Assembly (NCBI GenBank): GCA_028678445.1
Contig: JAJRDJ010000090.1
Span: 1 to 27,200 of the forward strand
DNA length: 27,200 nucleotides
Reading direction: 5' to 3'
DNA from: Methylococcaceae bacterium
GTDB lineage: Bacteria; Pseudomonadota; Gammaproteobacteria; Methylococcales; Methylococcaceae
A program made the position numbers and the translations under genes. Shown here in pieces: positions 7,816 through 19,927 of this stretch. Each line of letters opens with the position of its first letter. The first letter of the stretch is position 1. The notes under the pieces were generated by a model. The model did no database searches. It saw nothing but the letters and a program-made list of their open reading frames with translations, and had not been told where the DNA came from.

Positions 7816-10800
7816 ATGGTTGCCTTCTTGGCGCTAAGACTGCTCCTTCTCGCGGGACGACATGCCGCCCTTTGGTTGCCCTCCATACCCCTTTACTGCA
7901 TGAGTGCCGTAGAACGTTTCGGCAACTCCCGGCGACTATTATGGGAATTGATATGGAATGGGCGATCCCGGGTTCCCGGATGGTTGCTTTGTGGACAACG
8001 AATCATCCCCGAGGCCATCGCCGGGGCAACCTGGATAGCCTCCGAGCGGGGACTCCTCGCCACGCCGGCTGACAGCCTCGGGCCTTGTGGATGGGTCCTG
8101 CTAGGGGGGATGGCCCTACGGCTTGGACTTTTCGCGGCAGTTCTCCTCCACGAAGCTGGACACGCGGCAGTCGCCGCCATCATCACCCCGGGCTACTGGA
8201 GCGGTAGTTTCCTTGAGGGCCTTGCCGACACCCGAGCGCGGATTGCCTTGCGGAGCGTCCTTCCCGCGCAACGAATTTTCATACCGGGATTTTCTCCGGT
8301 GCCCGAAGCACCCTCCGTCCCGGCACCCGCCCGGGGCTGGCGTACTAGCGTGACTGCCCTGGCAGGACCTTTGTTCAATGTATTGACGGCACTGTCGCTG
8401 TCACAACTCCTCCCCGAAGGGCCCCTCATTGATCTCCTGAGTGTAGCCATCACGGCACTCATCGCCGGCCAGGTGCTCGGGTTGCTCACCTCATGGAGCG
8501 ATTTTGAGACCACCTGCACAGGTTCCGCAGTCCGGCTTTTCTGTGGGAACGTAGTTGTTTTAGGGAAAGTTAATCGTGCCTCCCCGGCGCAAGCTCACGC
8601 CAGTCGTGAACGAAGAATGTGGTGGCAAATCGTCGTGCGGGGCGGGCAATCCGGTGGACGTTTCATTCTGACGAAAAAGGGGTTCATCGGTTGGAAAGGG
8701 CTGAACCCGAAGCGGGCCAAATTGCCCTTGACGGTGGATAGAAATTACCGGCTGGCACGGTTTTGGGCTCGGATCCGGGGTGTCCGACCCTTGGAGGGTA
8801 TCTATCAAACCCAAAGCCACGTGCGCTTCGCCACCAGCGGAGCCTCGACTCAAAACACCACGCAACCCCTGTCCTGGCGGCCTGCCCACACCGCCAGGAG
8901 GTGGTGCATCAACGAGGGACGACTCACGAAATCCTGGATGACCCAGCATCACCTTTTTTGCTTCAACGGGGACATTGACGCTTGGGTGAGGGCGGCTGAC
9001 GACCCTGCCCTGCGGGTGAATCTGTTCGGGACCGTTTGGAGCGGGCCGGAACTTCAGCGCCTGCTCACCAAGATCCTCGGTGCAAAGCCGGCGGGCTGCG
9101 ACCCGGATGGGCTCATCCGCACCGATACCATTCTCGGCGCCGGAATTCAGGAAGTATTGCTTACCCAGGGCCGTTGGGGGGATTCTTTCCGGATGGCTTT
9201 TGCCCTGAGCGTGGCGGAGAACCCCGAGCATTTGGACCTCCTCACGGACGCAGTTGTCCGGGAGTTCGATGCTGTCGGTGACGAGGTCTTCCGGTGGTGG
9301 CTGGAGGAAAATAAAGTCAGTGCGGTGGGATGCAGGACCCTGTCAGACCTATCCGACAAGGCCGCCCCGCATCTGGACGGTCTGATCCAAGCCCTTGAGA
9401 AAAAATCACTCTCCATCCGGGGTTTGAAGGGACGGCTGGACCAATCCAAGCGCGGCGCACTGATCCGTGCCTGCGTCGATGGTTTCTTCCATAATGACCT
9501 GCGCGAGGCCGCCAGGGGTTTCGCGGAATACGCCCGGGGTACTTTCGCCGCAGTGTTGCAGTCCTCACTCTATCCAGGGGAGGTGTCGCTGATTTCCTTC
9601 AAGCAACCACTCTACATCGGCGTCCACGCCGCGGAAGATCCAGAAGAGGATTTCCTGGTCGTGGCCTCGGAAACGGCATCCGTGTTCGTGTCCGGCAATC
9701 CGGGCCCAGACGCTCAGCCGCAGCGGCCGGCCTACCTCTACCTGATGCGGGACGGAGAATTGGCGCATATTCATTTGCACCCCGGCACCGCCCGTTCCAC
9801 CATCAGCTTCCGGGACGGCTTTTCCCGTGGGGATCCGGAGACTACACAAACCCTGACCCCCTCCCACCTGGACGACTGGACGCGCCGTTCTGAAACAGGT
9901 GGTGGGCGAGGCTGGGTATCCCTGGGGCCCTCCAATCCCTACTTTCAGGACAAGCTCCCCATGCTCGGGGTCCGAGATCCCGTGCGGGAGGGCTTGGATG
10001 GAATCCCCGCGCTCATCGCCAGTATTCAAACATCCTGGGAAGATGCTTCCTCCCTCAACCGCCGGACCGCCGAGGCGTTCACCCGCTTCATCCTAACCCG
10101 TGCCCTGAGAGCCGAGGCGGTTTCACACCAGACCGGAGGACCCGCGCAGAACGCCCAGCTCGACCTGCTGATCCTGGGGGCCGGGGAGAGTTTGGTGCTG
10201 GCCGGGGCGTTCGCCGAGGATTTGCGGCGGCTATTCCCGAAACTCCATGTCCTGTCGCTGGATTCAAAGACCTTCGCCACCGCGCCAGAGAGCATCGCGG
10301 TCGGACCGGACACCGTCGTGTTGGGGGTGAGCCATTCTGGACAATATTTCAATACGCTGGACGATGTGAAATTTCTCCGGGCCGTTCACGAGTGCGGCGG
10401 GTGCGGGCCGGTTTTTGCCTTGACCGGTCAGATTGCTACGCTACTGGGGCAAGCCGTCGGGCAAAGCTTTAAGGCAGGCGCACCCTTCGGTGAACGCATC
10501 TTCACCGACGGAGCTGGCTGGCGGCTGGAAGAGCCGCACGGCCTCACCACCGTCGCGGCCCACTTCACCTTGAGTCAACTTCTACTCCGGCTCGCGGAAG
10601 CCGCGAATAGAGGGGATTCCCGGGCTGGGCTGGGCGTCTCCAACGACGACCTTCAATTCCTTCGCTCCCGGATTGGGGAAAGCGGGGCTAAAGCCGAGGA
10701 AATAACGGGATGCACCGCGAAAGGCTACCGTTTGGGAAGCCCGATGCACCGGAACCTGCAGAGAGAGGGACGATGGCTATCTTGGTTCCTCATCGAGCCA

Positions 10801-11907
10801 TTGGCGGTCTCCGTGCTGAGCGTCTTGCACCTCGCCGTCGTGTTTTTCCTTGGGGTCAATCCTGTCACCCTGGCGATGAAAACCCTACCCGATGCCTGGG
10901 TAAACGTGGCCTCACCCGCGCTTTGGTCTTGCGTGCTCGTCTACGGCCAGGTGGCCTATTTCTTCCTCATGGCCCCGGTGATTATCGCGCTGCTCATGCG
11001 GCTCATCATGGGTCGCCCGCTTGCCGACCGTTTTACCGGACGGAACCTTTACATCGCCGATCGAGGATGGGTGGCGACCTTGACGGAATCGTTCGTCAGG
11101 AGGCTCTTCGCCCTTGGGTATGGCTTCTCCGGATTCCAGGATCCGAAATCCGGCGACATCGTCGCGGGATTCATCGATGCCGTGGCCCCCAGCATCACTC
11201 GCGGGGACGTCCTCGTTAAGGGCATCCCGGTGGATGACCGTGTCCGCGCCACCACCACCATGGTCTCCACACAACTGCGCGGCGGCCCCAGCCTAAACCA
11301 AAGCGCCTATGCCGTCGGCATTGGTCAGGAGAATTCGTCAAGGCACAAGTTCCACCGTTTCGTGTCGGTGGGTGGTGCGCCGCGCGCCAGCGGTAGAGTC
11401 AGCGCGACGGGCCGCCAAATCGATGAATCCCGAACCTCGGCGCTCTACCGCCTGATCGGTCATTACGTGATGTTCCACAACCTGGCCTCACGCGTTCGAT
11501 CGGCGGTCAACAGAATTCTGCCGTTGATCAACCTCATTGGCGCTCCGGTGTTCTTGCTGATGTATCTCCTCAGCCTGGGCCGTTGGCGGATTTGGTTTCG
11601 TTCCTGGGATATCGCCGAGACACAGAGCCGGGCCAACATTTTCACCACCTCGGTGGCGCCGCCTATTGCCCTTCGGTCCGACCATTACCGGCCCTTGTTG
11701 TGGGAACCCACCGTTGCCCGGCGCGATAGTTCGGAGGTATGGGATCAGGTCATTTCTTCTACCGCGACGGGTGTCCGCGCCTTCATCTCTCCGACGCAAA
11801 TCCCGGGCCTGATGGGAAGAAAAGGAAGCGTTTGCCAGAAATCCATCGTATGTCATGCAGAGCAGGCAACAGGCGGGGTTGGTGGCGCGGGAGTTGGCCA
11901 GCGGTGA
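7816..11907 (+). CDS. Large multidomain protein: HExxH M50-like peptidase + class-II glutamine amidotransferase + SIS (GlmS-like) + TM helices
   Basis: HEAGH (nt 8149-8163) and ALAGPLFN. Internal FCGN (Cys at nt 8542), VRGGQSGG, HVRFATSG, FNGDI and RTDT mirror GlmS MCG/RGYDSAG/HTRWATHG/HNGII/TDTE. SIS motif VSHSGQYFNT. Two hydrophobic helices at about 10780-11010. Start uncertain (7738, 7816 or 7900). Confidence 0.7.
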   Translation: MVAFLALRLLLLAGRHAALWLPSIPLYCMSAVERFGNSRRLLWELIWNGRSRVPGWLLCGQRIIPEAIAGATWIASERGLLATPADSLGPCGWVLLGGMALRLGLFAAVLLHEAGHAAVAAIITPGYWSGSFLEGLADTRARIALRSVLPAQRIFIPGFSPVPEAPSVPAPARGWRTSVTALAGPLFNVLTALSLSQLLPEGPLIDLLSVAITALIAGQVLGLLTSWSDFETTCTGSAVRLFCGNVVVLGKVNRASPAQAHASRERRMWWQIVVRGGQSGGRFILTKKGFIGWKGLNPKRAKLPLTVDRNYRLARFWARIRGVRPLEGIYQTQSHVRFATSGASTQNTTQPLSWRPAHTARRWCINEGRLTKSWMTQHHLFCFNGDIDAWVRAADDPALRVNLFGTVWSGPELQRLLTKILGAKPAGCDPDGLIRTDTILGAGIQEVLLTQGRWGDSFRMAFALSVAENPEHLDLLTDAVVREFDAVGDEVFRWWLEENKVSAVGCRTLSDLSDKAAPHLDGLIQALEKKSLSIRGLKGRLDQSKRGALIRACVDGFFHNDLREAARGFAEYARGTFAAVLQSSLYPGEVSLISFKQPLYIGVHAAEDPEEDFLVVASETASVFVSGNPGPDAQPQRPAYLYLMRDGELAHIHLHPGTARSTISFRDGFSRGDPETTQTLTPSHLDDWTRRSETGGGRGWVSLGPSNPYFQDKLPMLGVRDPVREGLDGIPALIASIQTSWEDASSLNRRTAEAFTRFILTRALRAEAVSHQTGGPAQNAQLDLLILGAGESLVLAGAFAEDLRRLFPKLHVLSLDSKTFATAPESIAVGPDTVVLGVSHSGQYFNTLDDVKFLRAVHECGGCGPVFALTGQIATLLGQAVGQSFKAGAPFGERIFTDGAGWRLEEPHGLTTVAAHFTLSQLLLRLAEAANRGDSRAGLGVSNDDLQFLRSRIGESGAKAEEITGCTAKGYRLGSPMHRNLQREGRWLSWFLIEPLAVSVLSVLHLAVVFFLGVNPVTLAMKTLPDAWVNVASPALWSCVLVYGQVAYFFLMAPVIIALLMRLIMGRPLADRFTGRNLYIADRGWVATLTESFVRRLFALGYGFSGFQDPKSGDIVAGFIDAVAPSITRGDVLVKGIPVDDRVRATTTMVSTQLRGGPSLNQSAYAVGIGQENSSRHKFHRFVSVGGAPRASGRVSATGRQIDESRTSALYRLIGHYVMFHNLASRVRSAVNRILPLINLIGAPVFLLMYLLSLGRWRIWFRSWDIAETQSRANIFTTSVAPPIALRSDHYRPLLWEPTVARRDSSEVWDQVISSTATGVRAFISPTQIPGLMGRKGSVCQKSIVCHAEQATGGVGGAGVGQR

Positions 11908-12025
11908 GAGCTTTGCTGCATAACGGGTTGTCGCGGCACCGGTCCCGTCAGGAGGCTACACGGTAGTCTCAGCGGTCGAGCAACCGATTGGGATATCCCG
12001 GCACACGGCTGACCTTTGTTTTTTT

Positions 12026-12160
12026 GGAGGTGGGTCGAATAGGTTGATATCGACTGGAGGAGGCTCTTCATCCTGGGGGGCGGGCGTCTCGCCCGCCGGC
12101 GGGCCAGGCGGCCCGCCCCCAACTGGAGTTCGTGACCATCAATCAGTTTGACCCACCTCC
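12026..12160. mobile_element. MITE-like non-autonomous element (135 bp)
   Basis: Terminal inverted repeats GGAGGTGGGTCGAA / TTTGACCCACCTCC (13/14; 19/23 when extended). Identical 8-bp flanks GTTTTTTT at 12018-12025 and 12161-12168. Internal GC-rich stem (12076-12085 with 12111-12120). No ORF. Confidence 0.6.
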
Positions 12161-12206
12161 GTTTTTTTTTTTGCGCGAAGGGAATCCTTTCTCCCGGGAG
12201 TGAGTT

Positions 12207-15010
<2,804 letters not shown>

Positions 15011-15026
15011 ATTGAAATCTCGGGTT

Positions 15027-18000
15027 TCAGAGGGCTGCCAGTTCGACTGCCGCGTCAATGTCCACCGCCACGATGCGGGACACGCCAGGTTCCTTCATGG
15101 TGACGCCCGCCAGGTGGTGCGCAATCTCCATGGTGACCTTGTTATGTGAAATGAAAAGAAATTGTACTCTTTCGGACATTTCCTTGACCAACTCACTGAA
15201 TCTTCCCACATTCGCATCATCCAGCGGAGCGTCGACCTCGTCCAGCAGGCAAAAGGGCGCGGGATTCAGTTCAAAGATCGCGAATACCAGCGCGGCGGCG
15301 GTCAGCGCCTTCTCACCACCGGAGAGCAGGTGAATGGAGCTGTTGCGCTTCCCGGGCGGGCGGGCCATGACAGTGACGCCGGATTCCAGCAAGTCGCGCT
15401 CGGTCAGTTCCAGACAGGCATGGCCGCCGCCGAACAGTTTTGGGAACATCTGCTGCAGGCCGGTATTGATAAGCTCGAACGTATCCTTGAAACGGGAACG
15501 GCATTCCTTGTCGATGGTTTCGATCGCCTCGCGCAGGGTCGCGAGGGACACGCTCAAATCCTCGTGTTGCTGGTCGAGGAAGGCGAGACGCTCTTCCTGC
15601 ACCAGATATTCCTCCCTGGCTGTCAGATTGACGGCGCCCAGGCGGGAAATTTCCTCGCCGAGTTCGCTCAAGCGCGTCTGCCAGAGGGATTCATCGGCGT
15701 CATCGGGGAGACCTGCCACCACGCTCGCAGGGTCCGCGCCCAGTTCCTCGAACTGCTCCTGAACGGTTTGCCGGCGTACCGAATTGGCGGAGAGTTCCAG
15801 CCGGATCTGCTCCAGCCGCTCCTTGATGCCATTCAGTACTCGCTCATTCCGTAGGCGGGCCTCGCTGGTCCGTCGCAGCTCGGCTTCCAGTTCGGCGGCG
15901 CGATGGCGCAACTCCGCCAACTTCTTTTCGACTGCAGTCTTCTGGTCCGTCAACGCATCCAGCTCGGCCTGAGAGTCACCGGTGGGCTGATGGATATCGG
16001 CGACGCGGCGGCTGAGTGTCGCAAGGCGTTGCAGGGCCAGGTCGAGCTGGCTGCGGATGCGCTCCAGATGCCGGCTGGTCAGTTGTTCGCTGGAGCGGAG
16101 ACTCTCGGCCCGGCTGCGTAGGGTGCTGACACGGTCCCGCGCCTGGCGCAGGGCGGCATCGGTTTCAGTCAGCCGGCTTTCCAGACTGTCCCGGCTATTG
16201 GCATGCTCGGCGGCGGCCAGCTCCAGTTCTGTCAACCGATCCTCGGCCTCCAGCCGCAGCCGCCGGGACTCCTCGATGTCCTCGCGCTGTTCAGTGAGCT
16301 GCTCTTCAAGGTCGGTCAGCTCGGCGCTGATCTGCCCCAGCCGCCTTGAGGACTGTTCGCACCGCGCCTGGGTCGCGCTGAGTTCGGCCCTCGCCCGGCT
16401 GTGCTCGGCATTCAGCCGCCGCTCGTCCGCCTGCCGCCGCTCGCGTTCGTGCTCCGCCTCGCGGGTGGCCATTTCCGTGCCGTGCAGTTGCTGCTCCAGC
16501 CCCCCGATTTGGCCGAGTAGCTGCTTCAGCCCGGCTTTCATGGTTTTCAGTTCCCGCTCCCGCTTGATGACACCCGCCTGCCCACTCTCCAGTTTCTGCC
16601 GGGTCAGCCAGCCGGGGCCAAGCCGGGTGCCATCCGGCGTGATCACGGACTCATGCTCGGCGATTTCTGTACTCAGGTCATGCGCAGCGGCCAGGTCATC
16701 CACGCAATACACCGCGCCCAGGAGCGGCGTCAGATTCCAGGGCGAGTTCACCCGCTCCAGCAATCGCGAACCCATCCTGTCCTGAAGCTCGATGGCGGGG
16801 GGGCGCGTTTCGAAGAGCGACAGCGATTCCTCGGCCAGCCCGCCCAAGAGGGGAATGAAGCGGGCCGTCTCCTCCACGCACAGGGCCTGAAGCTGGGCGC
16901 CGAGTGCCGTCTCCACGGCGGTCTCCCAGCCGGGCTGCACATCGAGCTGCTGGGCGAGGCGCGGGGCCTGTTCGAGCTGCTGCTCGGCCAGCCAGCGCCG
17001 CAGACCGGCCCGATCCTTGCCCATCGCATGTTCCTGCAGGGTTTCCAGGGAACTGATCTTGCCACTCAGCGCGTGCTGTTCCGACCGGCGGGCATTCAAC
17101 GCGTGCTGCAGGTTCTTCAGTTCTTCCCGTCCCGTCAGGATGCGCTGGTTCAGGCCCTGCAGGGCTTCATGAACCACGCTCCGTTCGGCGTCAAGTTCAG
17201 CGAGCGTCAGTTCCAGCTCGGCCAGCCCTTCGGCATTCAGGGTGACCTCGACTTCTTGGCGTTCCATGGCAAGCTTTTCCTGCCGGGCCAGCAATTGCCT
17301 GGCTTGCTGCTCCAGCTGGCCGATGCGGGACTGCTGGATATCCCGCTGGCTGCGGGACCGGCCGATCGCTTCGCTGAGCTGCTCGAACTGCTGGCGCGCC
17401 GTCTTCAGGCCGAGGTCGGCGTCACCGCGCCGCGCCGCCGCTTCAGCCTCGGCTTTCCGTGCCTCTTCGAGCGTCATCTCGATTTCCGCCAGCTCCTCGC
17501 GTAGCGTCTCCAGCTGCAGCCGGTCATTCTCGAGATCCTGTTCGGCCTGCTGCTGTTCTTCTCGCAAGCGGGACTCCTCCTGGAGCAGATTTTCGTGCGT
17601 CTCCCGGGCATGCCGAATGCTTTGGGTGAGGCGGCTGATTTCCGAGCCCAGCTCATAGAAACGGCCCTGCTCGGCATTCAGGACTTTTTGGACCGCATCC
17701 TGCTGAGCGCGTTGCGCTTCCAGGGTTTCGTTAAGGGCATGATCCTCCCCGGCCAGCGCCCGAAAGCGGGTCTCGCACTCGGCCAATTGCTCCTGGTTCG
17801 AGTGGAATTCTTCGTCATATTTCCGCCAGCGCAGACCCAGCAATTGTTCCCGGTAGCCCCGTTCCTCGACTTTCAAAGCCATGTACTTTTCGGCTTTCTT
17901 CGCCTGCCGCTTCAGGCTCTCCAACTGCTTGCCGACTTCGTCGCGCACATCCAGCAGACGGTCCAGGTTCTCCTGCGTGTGGCCCATGCGCAACTCGGTC

Positions 18001-18536
18001 TCGTGGCGGCGTTCCTTGTATTTTGAAATACCCGCGGCTTCCTCGATCAGCTCGCGAAGTTCGGCTGGCTTGGCCTCGATCAGCCGGGAGATGGTGCCTT
18101 GCTCGATGATGGCGTAGCTGCGGGAACCGAGACCCGTGCCGAGAAAGAGATCGGTGATGTCCTTGCGGCGGCAGCGGGTGCCATTGAGGATATAGGTCGA
18201 CTGGCCATCGCGCGTGACCTGGCGCTTGATGGAAATCTCGGGGTAATTGGCAAACTCGCCGGGCGCCTTGCCCTCGCCGTTGTCAAACACCAGTTCGACC
18301 GAGGCCAGCCCCACCGGCTTGCGGCTGCTGGAACCGTTGAAAATGACATCGGCCATACTCTCGCCACGCAAATGCTTGGCGGAGCTCTCCCCCATCACCC
18401 AGCGCACGGCGTCGATGATGTTGGACTTGCCACAGCCGTTCGGTCCGACGATGCCGATCAGATTGCCCGGCGTAGGGATGGTGGTGGGATCGACAAACGA
18501 CTTGAAGCCCGCAAGTTTGATTCGGTCGAGGCGCAC
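15027..18536 (-). CDS. smc: Chromosome partition protein Smc
   Basis: Walker A GPNGCGKSN, long coiled coils and hinge, LSGGE signature, Walker B/D-loop LLDEVDAPLD; 1169 aa. Confidence 0.97.
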   Translation of the reverse strand: MRLDRIKLAGFKSFVDPTTIPTPGNLIGIVGPNGCGKSNIIDAVRWVMGESSAKHLRGESMADVIFNGSSSRKPVGLASVELVFDNGEGKAPGEFANYPEISIKRQVTRDGQSTYILNGTRCRRKDITDLFLGTGLGSRSYAIIEQGTISRLIEAKPAELRELIEEAAGISKYKERRHETELRMGHTQENLDRLLDVRDEVGKQLESLKRQAKKAEKYMALKVEERGYREQLLGLRWRKYDEEFHSNQEQLAECETRFRALAGEDHALNETLEAQRAQQDAVQKVLNAEQGRFYELGSEISRLTQSIRHARETHENLLQEESRLREEQQQAEQDLENDRLQLETLREELAEIEMTLEEARKAEAEAAARRGDADLGLKTARQQFEQLSEAIGRSRSQRDIQQSRIGQLEQQARQLLARQEKLAMERQEVEVTLNAEGLAELELTLAELDAERSVVHEALQGLNQRILTGREELKNLQHALNARRSEQHALSGKISSLETLQEHAMGKDRAGLRRWLAEQQLEQAPRLAQQLDVQPGWETAVETALGAQLQALCVEETARFIPLLGGLAEESLSLFETRPPAIELQDRMGSRLLERVNSPWNLTPLLGAVYCVDDLAAAHDLSTEIAEHESVITPDGTRLGPGWLTRQKLESGQAGVIKRERELKTMKAGLKQLLGQIGGLEQQLHGTEMATREAEHERERRQADERRLNAEHSRARAELSATQARCEQSSRRLGQISAELTDLEEQLTEQREDIEESRRLRLEAEDRLTELELAAAEHANSRDSLESRLTETDAALRQARDRVSTLRSRAESLRSSEQLTSRHLERIRSQLDLALQRLATLSRRVADIHQPTGDSQAELDALTDQKTAVEKKLAELRHRAAELEAELRRTSEARLRNERVLNGIKERLEQIRLELSANSVRRQTVQEQFEELGADPASVVAGLPDDADESLWQTRLSELGEEISRLGAVNLTAREEYLVQEERLAFLDQQHEDLSVSLATLREAIETIDKECRSRFKDTFELINTGLQQMFPKLFGGGHACLELTERDLLESGVTVMARPPGKRNSSIHLLSGGEKALTAAALVFAIFELNPAPFCLLDEVDAPLDDANVGRFSELVKEMSERVQFLFISHNKVTMEIAHHLAGVTMKEPGVSRIVAVDIDAAVELAAL

Positions 18537-18604
18537 GGCGTAGCTGCGGGAGAAGGGGCTGAGGAAGAAAAAGCCGGAACTGGCCGGAAGAGGAACCGGT
18601 CGCT

Positions 18605-18610
18605 ATTATA
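18605..18610 (-). promoter_or_regulatory. Candidate -10 element for smc
   Basis: Perfect TATAAT on the minus strand about 70 bp upstream of the smc start. No convincing -35 at 17 bp. Confidence 0.3.
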
Positions 18611-18688
18611 GCCGACTAACTCAACGCTCGAGCTTTGGGCCCTAATGCTCTTTGTTCCGTCATTTCAGCGATTAATCCTCCATCACTT

Positions 18689-19078
18689 ATGACCACCCAA
18701 GCCAGGACAACACTCGAAACTTTTGACAACCCGCAGCCAAACCGGGATTTCACCATTCGCATCGACATCCCGGAATTCACCTGTCTCTGCCCCAAGACCG
18801 GCCAGCCCGATTTCGCTACCCTACACATTGAATATGTGCCCGACCAGACGTGTGTGGAGCTGAAATCGCTCAAGCTCTACGTCTGGTCCTACCGCGACGA
18901 GGGCGCTTTCCACGAAGCCGTGACCAACCGCATCCTCGAAGATCTGGTGGCCGCAACTCACCCGCGCTTCATGCGCCTGACCGCCCGCTTCAACGTGCGC
19001 GGTGGACTTTACACCACCGTTATCGCCGAATACCGCCAGCCCGGTTGGCAGGCACCACCCGTCGTCCAGCTCCCCTGA
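18689..19078 (+). CDS. queF: NADPH-dependent 7-cyano-7-deazaguanine reductase (preQ1 synthase), short single-domain type
   Basis: [15 protein letters not shown] with the catalytic Cys, QueF motif [11 protein letters not shown] and RGG. Start at ATG 18689 ([15 protein letters not shown]). Confidence 0.95.
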   Translation: MTTQARTTLETFDNPQPNRDFTIRIDIPEFTCLCPKTGQPDFATLHIEYVPDQTCVELKSLKLYVWSYRDEGAFHEAVTNRILEDLVAATHPRFMRLTARFNVRGGLYTTVIAEYRQPGWQAPPVVQLP

Positions 19079-19100
19079 TCAACCCGGAAAGCCCCAGCCC

Positions 19101-19439
19101 ATGACTAGCCCAGCCTGCCCCGTTTGCGCGATGGAAAACACTTACAGCGACGGCATAAACCATATCTGCCCCGACTGCTTCCACGAATGGCCGCTGAGCG
19201 CATCGACCGATAACGAAGCCGAAGGCGAGACCGTGGTCAAGGATGCCCACGGCACGCCACTCGCTGACGGTGACTCCGTGATCCTCATCAAGGACCTCAA
19301 GGTTAAGGGCTCATCCACCACCCTCAAGAAAGGCTCCAAGGCCAGGAACATCCGCCTACGTGAAGGTGATCACGAAGTAGACTGCAAAATAGACAACGTG
19401 AGCTACATGCTCAAGGCATGTTTTCTGAAGAAGGCGTAG
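19101..19439 (+). CDS. yjdM: PhnA/YjdM-family zinc-ribbon protein
   Basis: CPVC...ICPDCFHEW zinc ribbon, then VKDAHGTPLADGDSVILIKDLKVKGSS..LKKG.KA.NIRL. ATG at 19101. Confidence 0.9.
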   Translation: MTSPACPVCAMENTYSDGINHICPDCFHEWPLSASTDNEAEGETVVKDAHGTPLADGDSVILIKDLKVKGSSTTLKKGSKARNIRLREGDHEVDCKIDNVSYMLKACFLKKA

Positions 19440-19699
19440 TTACTGGGGGTGCGTAACCCAGCCGTGCCGATGGCGGGACTTTCAGACGATTTTTCTAGAC
19501 GGCGTTCAGGCAGTAGGCGGAAAAAAACGGCGATGCGAAGCTTGACACGTTGATCTCTCGACTTTAGGGAACCTCCAACGATATCTCTTTCGTCAAAGGG
19601 GTACCTGATGAGCGAGCTTATTCAGCCTGCCCGGTTTTTTATCTCGCTGACGGCGCCTACTGGCGGCTTCCTCCCACCACCCAGGCATTGGCCTTGGCC

Positions 19700-19927
19700 A
19701 TGAATCGCATCAGGTTTCAACCCGGTCTGTCGTTGCCCGAGTTTGTCGAACAGTTCGGTACCGAGGTCCAATGCGCCGTAACGCTGGAAATCGCGCTCTG
19801 CCCCACGGCTTTCGCTGTATCCGTTTGCGCAAACAGGGCAGTACCTGCTGCAGGAAAGTAGCCATCTGCTGTTTCAATGCAGAACCTGTCGTCTGCAAAC
19901 CTCGCTGACTGCTGCGACGCTATTCCA
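19700..19927 (+). pseudogene. IS1595-family transposase N-terminal (zinc-ribbon) remnant, frameshifted and truncated
   Basis: MNRIRFQPGLSLPEFVEQFGTEVQC, then after frameshift(s) PHGFRC...LFQCRTCRLQTSLTAATLFH. Cut exactly at the IS3 inverted repeat. Confidence 0.75.

Noticed and set aside
12026-12160. 6S RNA or SRP RNA interpretation of the rod-like structure
   Set aside because: No SRP GGAA-tetraloop/CAGG motif, shorter than typical 6S, and not in zapA-ygfA context. TIRs plus a flanking duplication fit a MITE better.
18537-18688. preQ1 riboswitch upstream of queF
   Set aside because: No AGAGGUUCUAG...CCCUC stem or 3' A-rich tail. The AGAGGAACC near 18590 does not match.
19605-19651. Hammerhead-ribozyme-like CTGATGA followed by a GCGAG/CTCGC stem
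   Set aside because: The required GAAA after stem II is TGAC, and no stem I/III with a cleavage triplet could be built.
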